From: a virus
DNA: 29,435 nucleotides
Direction: 5' to 3' (one strand)
Virus record (IMG/VR): IMGVR_UViG_3300022547_000006
Span: 1-29,435 of that record
In this document: in pieces, positions 24,341-29,435 of the stretch
How the letters are laid out: the number at the start of each line of letters is the position of its first letter
How positions within the stretch are numbered: position 1 is the first letter of the stretch
Translations under genes and position numbers: made by a program
The notes under the pieces: generated by a model
Database searches by the model: none
What the model was told of the DNA's origin: nothing
The model's input: the letters and a program-made list of their open reading frames with translations, nothing else

Positions 24341-24594
24341 ATACGCAAAGATCTCACAAGACCAAAAAGCGCTAAAATCGCCCGGATAGGCAACTTCGCC
24401 GGGGTTTTTTCGCCCGTTACCGATTCCGGGGCCGCTGTGCAGTTTTCGGTATTTCGAGGTCGCGGATATCCGCGCTGCGGGCTCCGTTCGACGATTTCAC
24501 CGAGTATTTTCCGTCCGATTGCTACGCCGTAATATTCTGGCTGCCTGCGACCTTTTAGTCGCGGCGCCATGAGAAATTCGCGCTACGGTCACCG

Positions 24595-25965
24595 TTAGAG
24601 GGGGCTCCAACGTGGCTTAGCGCGCGCGGGGCCGCGGAACGCCTCAGCGAGCCCCCCAAAGTTGATGATGCTATCTCCGCGCGTCACGCCCGAAACGATA
24701 TACCGGAGCGCATCGAGCCGGTGATAAGATTCCTTATCTCTGATCCTGAGCGTAGGCTCACCGAGCTCATTTACCTCGCGTGAGTAGGTATTGATCTCAT
24801 CGAGGATACCAACGCACGTCGTGAAGAAATATAGTCGGCGTTCACGGAGTAGCTGAGTCACGCGGTCTATCTGAGCCTCGACGTCTTTGAGCGGCGGCGC
24901 GCGTAGATTCACGCCCTCATGCTGCCAGTCGAGCCGCACCTGCAGCTCGGAGGTCGAGCCGCCGATCCAGCCCGTAACGTTCTCGCCTTCCGCGCGCGCT
25001 AAGGCGCGCTGCGCATGAGCGGCCGCGTGCAACCCGCCCTCTAGTGTTTCCTGATAGACGTAATAGCAGCCGGTTAGTGGCTCCTGAGCGAGCCAGACCG
25101 TAGCGGTATGGAGCGGCCCGGGATCAACGCCCACGCACCGCGGCCACTCGGGCGGGACCTTGAACGGTGCGACGACATGGATCTTCGGGTCAAAGTCCGC
25201 GTAGATCATACCCGCGGGCCGCGCGAATATCCCTTGATACTGCATACTGAACTTCCAGCCCGGTAGCGTGCGCCGTGCTCGCTCGTATTCCTCACGCGGG
25301 AAGACTGGATTAGCGAGGCTATCAAATTGTATCACGTCATAGTCAGGGTCCCCACGTTCCCAGCGCGTGTAGATCTCGTTTCTGAGCCAGCCGAAGTTAT
25401 AAAGCGTTGTAGTGCCGAGTACCCGGCCGCGTGAGAGTGAGAGCCTGCGTAGGATGGATTCCCAGGCGCTGATACTGAAATCATCGAGCCCGCACTCATC
25501 GAGCCACGCCGCCTTTACGGTCGCGGATTCCAAAGCCGATACACCCACCTTGCCACGCCCCGCAGAAGCGGATGCGAGTAGGATACGGCCCCACATAGAG
25601 TCGTGCGCGGAAACGGCTTCAAACTTGTTAGTCTTGGGGTTCTTGATTTCGATGAGATTAGAACTGCCCCAGTAGCGACCAACCTTCATCACGTCCGTGA
25701 ATACATTTATGAGTTCCGGGAGCATCTTCCGCGTGAAGAGCGGATAGTTCGCCGTGACAGCCAGATAATCGCCCGCCCCTTTGCCGATTTCCTCATCGAA
25801 GATCTCACGCCAGAGCCACCAGGGGCCGAATACAGTCTTGCCGGATTGCGTGCCCGCGAGTATGAATATCAGCCGCTTTTTAGATTCCCACGCCTGGAGC
25901 TGGCCGTCGTGTAGTGCCAGCTCGGGTTCGTTAGTTGTCGGATTGATCTGAAAGAACGGCCTCAT
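24595..25965 (-). CDS. terL: Terminase large subunit
   Basis: Walker A AGTQSGKT, Walker B AWLDE, GTTT coupling motif, nuclease GVDPG and HxxDALRY. Start placed at ATG 25965. Confidence 0.95.
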   Translation of the reverse strand: MRPFFQINPTTNEPELALHDGQLQAWESKKRLIFILAGTQSGKTVFGPWWLWREIFDEEIGKGAGDYLAVTANYPLFTRKMLPELINVFTDVMKVGRYWGSSNLIEIKNPKTNKFEAVSAHDSMWGRILLASASAGRGKVGVSALESATVKAAWLDECGLDDFSISAWESILRRLSLSRGRVLGTTTLYNFGWLRNEIYTRWERGDPDYDVIQFDSLANPVFPREEYERARRTLPGWKFSMQYQGIFARPAGMIYADFDPKIHVVAPFKVPPEWPRCVGVDPGPLHTATVWLAQEPLTGCYYVYQETLEGGLHAAAHAQRALARAEGENVTGWIGGSTSELQVRLDWQHEGVNLRAPPLKDVEAQIDRVTQLLRERRLYFFTTCVGILDEINTYSREVNELGEPTLRIRDKESYHRLDALRYIVSGVTRGDSIINFGGLAEAFRGPARAKPRWSPL

Positions 25966-26377
25966 CGTCACGAGTCTGCCGGTACACATTCACAACCCTT
26001 ATGGGTACATCCGCTTCCAGCTTAACGGTTTCTTCGAGCCGTTGCTTCTCCGACCAGTCGAACCCGAGCTGGAGTGCGAGCTTGATTGCGGGCACATCGC
26101 CTTCCATCGCTTTCTTCACCAGCGCGAGCATGATCCTATCCGCATAGGCTTTAATGGGCGGACGCAATTCGGTGATATCGAGTTTCGCCATGTGCAGGCA
26201 TACCGTTTTGCGTGACACGCCGCAGAAATCAGCAACCTCCTGCTCCGTAGGTATCCGCATCTCCTTCATAGAGATCCGGCGGTACGCATCCTTTATAGCG
26301 AGATGTATCTGCTCCCAATCTTTTCGTGTTTTTCGCATAGTTATGTTACGTTTTGTAACCGATATGACATGAGACAC
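25931..26377 (-). CDS. terS: Terminase small subunit (HTH); start either GTG 26377 or ATG 26338
   Basis: PTEQEVADFCGVSRKTV HTH, AMEGDVPAIKL, directly upstream of and overlapping terL; TTAATAT box at 26408-26402. Confidence 0.8.
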   Translation of the reverse strand: MSHVISVTKRNITMRKTRKDWEQIHLAIKDAYRRISMKEMRIPTEQEVADFCGVSRKTVCLHMAKLDITELRPPIKAYADRIMLALVKKAMEGDVPAIKLALQLGFDWSEKQRLEETVKLEADVPIRVVNVYRQTRDDEAVLSDQSDN

Positions 26378-26422
26378 CTATACGAATATTGTCAGGACTT
26401 GATATTAAGATTTGCGGGCCCC

Positions 26423-26579
26423 CCCCCCTACATTTTGGCATATGGGGAGCGGTGACAAAAATAGTAAGGCTTATATACCCTCTAATACCAATATATAATT
26501 AAGGTTGATAAGAGGGAGGCGAACGAAAAAGATGGCGGAAATAAGCGGCGCGGCGGCTGGTCGCGCGGCGGCGGAAGTG
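26423..26579 (+). repeat. Inverted-repeat cassette R (157 bp), copy 1
   Basis: CCCCCCTACATTTTGGCATATGGGGAGCGG followed by the 127 bp identical to 1-127. Confidence 0.95.
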
Positions 26580-26681
26580 TCGGCGGCCGAAGACGGTAAA
26601 AGCGAGGCCATACGGCGCGGGTTCGAGCTCGCGCTACTATCGTATGTATTGTCGCGGGCGGAGAAGAGTGGGGGGATATAA
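26532..26681 (+). CDS. 49-aa ORF (duplicate of 2755-2904)
   Basis: Mirror copy in the terminal duplication. Confidence 0.6.
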   Translation: MAEISGAAAGRAAAEVSAAEDGKSEAIRRGFELALLSYVLSRAEKSGGI

Positions 26682-26876
26682 ATGCCGCATCTGTTCATCA
26701 CGCTTGACACGAGCGAGTTGCAGCAACTTGAGGAGATAGCGAAAGCAGAAAAAGAGATACGACGCGCACGCGGCAAAGGCGGAGCCAGGATCGGACTCGC
26801 CACGATCGCGGCGCAATTGGTGCGAGAGGGGTTACGGAAGGCGGCTGGCGGGGAGTGTGGCAATGAAAGCACATAA
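26682..26876 (+). CDS. 64-aa RHH-like protein (duplicate of 2560-2754)
   Basis: Mirror copy. Confidence 0.6.
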   Translation: MPHLFITLDTSELQQLEEIAKAEKEIRRARGKGGARIGLATIAAQLVREGLRKAAGGECGNEST

Positions 26877-27027
26877 CGGTGTTGCGGGCGCGAAGCTCGT
26901 AGTTACGGTTATCGGCAATCCCGTTTTGGTCATTAGTGCGCTAGATGATCTGAAGCTAGCGGTGCAGGAGTGCGCGAGCGAGTGCGATCTGCTGGATATG
27001 ATCGAGATCCGGGAGGAGAACCTATGA
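26863..27027 (+). CDS. 54-aa protein (duplicate of 2409-2573)
   Basis: Mirror copy. Confidence 0.65.
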   Translation: MKAHNGVAGAKLVVTVIGNPVLVISALDDLKLAVQECASECDLLDMIEIREENL

Positions 27028-28085
27028 ACGACCTAGAAGACTTCAACTTCAGTGAAGACGAGCTACACGAACTCGAAGGCATGTTCCCAATCCCAACGGC
27101 ACATGATATGGTAGTCCTGGCTGAGGATGCAGAAAGCGGAGAAAGCACTCTCCCTAACACCTCCCCGAAAGAGGAGTCCAGCGCGAAAAAGCAGCAGCAG
27201 AAGCAGCTCAATGGTGAAGCAGCCAATCCTACGCTAGTGAAGGAAGGCACAGCTAAGAAGACCGAAGATGACTTGGAGCTGGAGTACGCCATCTTAAGGG
27301 CGCTCGGGTACGAGCGATATGATGACCGAGCGGAGGGAAAGGGCCTGAAATTCAAGTTGAAGCTTCCGACGAGCATACTTGATGAGGAGTCCCCGTATCC
27401 GAAGGTCTGGATCACTCGGAAGTATAGTGACCAGTACCCCAACGGCAACTTCTCAGCGGTGCCCGTAGATGAAGATGACCAGATAGTGGAACGTGACGGT
27501 CGGCCTGCATTCCTACAGCGTGACGATTGCAGGAAGCTACCACCGATCAGGAACTTCTACATCTACCGCGAGGAGGGCAAGGTGCCCCCGGCGATTGTAG
27601 TAGGGCGGCTCGTGGAAGTGCGCGGTGACTCGAGAACGGTGGAGATCCTGGAAGGCCAAGGCGAAGTAGCGGGCCTGAAGATACGCTATCCAGCGAAGCT
27701 GATCAAGCGCAAGAAGGACGGAAGCTGGTTTATCCCCGCGAGCCTCAATGTAGCGAACAAGGAGGGCAAGGCGCGTATGGCGATCCCGCGCGAGCTCGTG
27801 ATAGAGAGTTATAAGGAAATGGAGAAGAAGCTGCAAGAGCTAGAAGCGAAGCCTGTGGAGAAGACAACAATGGCCGATAAGATGAATGAACATACGAAAG
27901 AGGAGATCGCTAATGATAGCCCGACGTTCATGCGTGAGTGTATCACTGAAGGGATCTTGTGTTGTGAGCTACTTCAGGGTGCGTATCATATCAGTGATGA
28001 AGTTGCAGCGGACTTGGCACTGCGGATCGCGCAGACACTCTACATAGATGCGGGCAAGGATCGACGCACACCAGCGAGGTACTGA
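27024..28085 (+). CDS. 353-aa protein (duplicate of 1351-2412)
   Basis: Mirror copy. Confidence 0.8.
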   Translation: MNDLEDFNFSEDELHELEGMFPIPTAHDMVVLAEDAESGESTLPNTSPKEESSAKKQQQKQLNGEAANPTLVKEGTAKKTEDDLELEYAILRALGYERYDDRAEGKGLKFKLKLPTSILDEESPYPKVWITRKYSDQYPNGNFSAVPVDEDDQIVERDGRPAFLQRDDCRKLPPIRNFYIYREEGKVPPAIVVGRLVEVRGDSRTVEILEGQGEVAGLKIRYPAKLIKRKKDGSWFIPASLNVANKEGKARMAIPRELVIESYKEMEKKLQELEAKPVEKTTMADKMNEHTKEEIANDSPTFMRECITEGILCCELLQGAYHISDEVAADLALRIAQTLYIDAGKDRRTPARY

Positions 28086-28151
28086 GAAGATCAGCAGGAG
28101 GCGTAGAAAATATGCAAGAAAAAACGCAGCAGCGAAGGTGAAGAGAGAAAA

Positions 28152-28343
28152 ATGACCGTGATCATCCCGCGTCGTAAAACCATTCGCATGATGCGAAACG
28201 CGAACCATGAAGCGTGCTGGCCCGACATCAAGGAAAAAGCGCGGCGCGTCAGAACGGTAGTTGACGACACAGGCGCGCGCTTCGTCGTTTACCGCATCTC
28301 AGGCAAAGAGCTCATGCAGGTGATGATCAAACATCGCACCTAA
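28152..28343 (+). CDS. 63-aa VYRIS-family protein (duplicate of 1093-1284)
   Basis: Mirror copy. Confidence 0.75.
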   Translation: MTVIIPRRKTIRMMRNANHEACWPDIKEKARRVRTVVDDTGARFVVYRISGKELMQVMIKHRT

Positions 28344-28398
28344 TACCAACCCGGCATAGCCAACAAACTTAGGGGAAGGCGGGCAAAAAAGTGCCCGT

Positions 28399-28617
28399 TC
28401 ATTCTGCGAGTGTTTGCGGATGCACTTCCGGGAAGTCGCCAGTATCCATAGCTTCCACTCGCGCCCTAATCTGTGCGAGCAGCTCCATGTACCGCCGCTT
28501 CTCTTCTGGTATGAAACCGCGATGTAGCCGCGCACTCTGCGAAGCGAGCATTTCCGCTTTCATGTCATCCATCCACTCGCAAAGCGCGAAAATATCTCGA
28601 TTGTATAGTTCACTCAT
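28399..28617 (-). CDS. 72-aa protein (duplicate of 819-1037)
   Basis: Mirror copy. Confidence 0.8.
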   Translation of the reverse strand: MSELYNRDIFALCEWMDDMKAEMLASQSARLHRGFIPEEKRRYMELLAQIRARVEAMDTGDFPEVHPQTLAE

Positions 28618-28838
28618 TTGTTTATCACCTCCTAAGATCTTTGATAAGTAATTGAGATGAGCAGGGTAAGCTTATATTACTTTGTACTCTCCCGTATTAC
28701 CATTTTTTTCACGTAGAAAGTCTCGCCCTTCAGGGCGGAGAGGATGTCAGGTAGGGGAAAAAATACAGGGGCCCGGACTCGGGCCCCTTCATTCCAATTT
28801 CCTCTGTGCCGGACATGTTGCGCAGGCGAGAGACAGTT

Positions 28839-29150
28839 TCACGCGTCTTCGACCAGATCGGAGAAGTGGGCCTCTATTGCTTCCGTCGCGTTATGCTCCT
28901 GGCACCACTCGAAAGCCTCAGCACGAGTGAGTGCGCAGATTCGTGAACTGCCCGAAGTGCTATTGCCCCCGGCCGGAACCGCGTATTTGCTTAGTGCACC
29001 ACCCTCACCCGCGATGAAGTAGTTCCCTTTCTTCGTTTTGTATAACACTTCGCTCCAATATCGGAAATCTCTTGGATGACCAAAACCATCATCCGCGATC
29101 TGCTCCGCAGTTTCCGTGTCGTACTTCTTTCCATTTATTATTGCTTTCAT
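28839..29150 (-). CDS. 103-aa conserved phage-type protein (duplicate of 286-597)
   Basis: Mirror copy. Confidence 0.85.
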   Translation of the reverse strand: MKAIINGKKYDTETAEQIADDGFGHPRDFRYWSEVLYKTKKGNYFIAGEGGALSKYAVPAGGNSTSGSSRICALTRAEAFEWCQEHNATEAIEAHFSDLVEDA

Positions 29151-29167
29151 ACATTTCACCTCCTATT

Positions 29168-29356
29168 CTATTTTTTCCTCCTTCGTGTTGATCCTCGGCA
29201 CCCCGCTTTTTCCGTGCTCATCCTTCGCTGAGCTCGGGCGCTAGCACCTACAACATCCCGGGGCGACCTTTTGACCAGATCGCCCCGTTCATTGGTCGGG
29301 AGCCGTCGCACTTCCGCCGCCGCGCGACCAGCCGCCGCGCCGCTTATTTCCGCCAT
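29168..29356 (-). CDS. 62-aa chimeric ORF (duplicate of 80-268)
   Basis: Mirror copy. Confidence 0.35.
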   Translation of the reverse strand: MAEISGAAAGRAAAEVRRLPTNERGDLVKRSPRDVVGASARAQRRMSTEKAGCRGSTRRRKK

Positions 29357-29435
29357 CTTTTTCGTTCGCCTCCCTCTTATCAACCTTAATTATATATTGG
29401 TATTAGAGGGTATATAAGCCTTACTATTTTTGTCA
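29309..29435 (-). repeat. Inverted-repeat cassette R, truncated terminal copy
   Basis: Reverse complement of 1-127. Confidence 0.95.

Larger units (their letters stand above)
1..29435. mobile_element. Archaeal head-tailed virus genome (siphovirus-like), unit length probably 26,452 bp
   Basis: Complete packaging, head, neck and tail gene set; archaeal promoters and RBSs; Hjc; no host genes. Confidence 0.9.
26423..29435. repeat. Right copy of the 3,013-bp inverted terminal duplication
   Basis: Reverse complement of 1-3013 (see left copy). Confidence 0.97.

Noticed and set aside
24531-24552. Partial match (17/22) of AATATTCTGGCTGCCTGCGACC to the start of the DGR-like variable region, as a possible template repeat
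   Set aside because: Short, mismatches are not at adenines, and the similarity does not extend. Treated as chance.
3734-25914. Many plus-strand ORFs in the ORF track across the core (e.g. 1988..2503, 18699..19235, 23140..23745)
   Set aside because: Antisense shadows of well-supported genes, with no RBS or promoter and Ser/Arg-rich composition.
26423-26452. Outer 30 bp of R as a recombinase core site or hairpin
   Set aside because: Only CCCC/GGGG and CATATG symmetry. No convincing 13-8-13-type inverted arms.
1-29435. Linear genome with true 3-kb ITRs replicated by protein priming or hairpin telomeres
   Set aside because: No protein-primed PolB, terminal protein or protelomerase is recognisable. 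Terminase/portal packaging and the exact 127-nt overhang favour a circular unit. Not excluded without reads.
1-29435. CRISPR array, tRNA, integrase/att site, RT or endolysin
   Set aside because: No regularly spaced repeat-spacer units, cloverleaf or catalytic motifs seen by eye. tRNAscan-SE and HMM searches would be needed to exclude divergent cases.

Overview
This is an essentially complete genome of a small archaeal head-tailed virus (Caudoviricetes, siphovirus-like). A minus-strand morphogenesis module runs from 26377 down to 5644: TerS, TerL, portal fused to a MuF domain, prohead protease/scaffold, MCP, head accessory proteins, adaptor, tail terminator, tail tube, chaperone with a -1 frameshift, tape measure, Dit, hub/tail tip and receptor-binding proteins. 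It is followed by an Hjc-type resolvase and an RHH-led operon. An archaeal host is inferred from TATA boxes 22-25 nt upstream of ATGs, GGAGGTGA ribosome-binding sites, Hjc, RHH proteins and Zn-ribbon microproteins; the host taxon cannot be assigned from sequence alone. I recognised no polymerase, helicase, primase, integrase, reverse transcriptase or endolysin. The most striking feature is architectural. Bases 1-3013 are the reverse complement of 26423-29435, and this block is itself bounded by inverted repeats of about 157 bp that each carry a promoter, an RBS and 16 codons. The simplest reading is a 26,452-bp circular unit whose 2,729-bp early-gene island occurs in both orientations, with the assembler showing one orientation at each end. 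A second highlight is a C-type-lectin-fold head protein whose C-terminus carries the codon fingerprint of diversity-generating-retroelement (DGR) mutagenesis, although no RT or template repeat is visible in the genome. All protein calls come from motif recognition and gene order, not from database searches.
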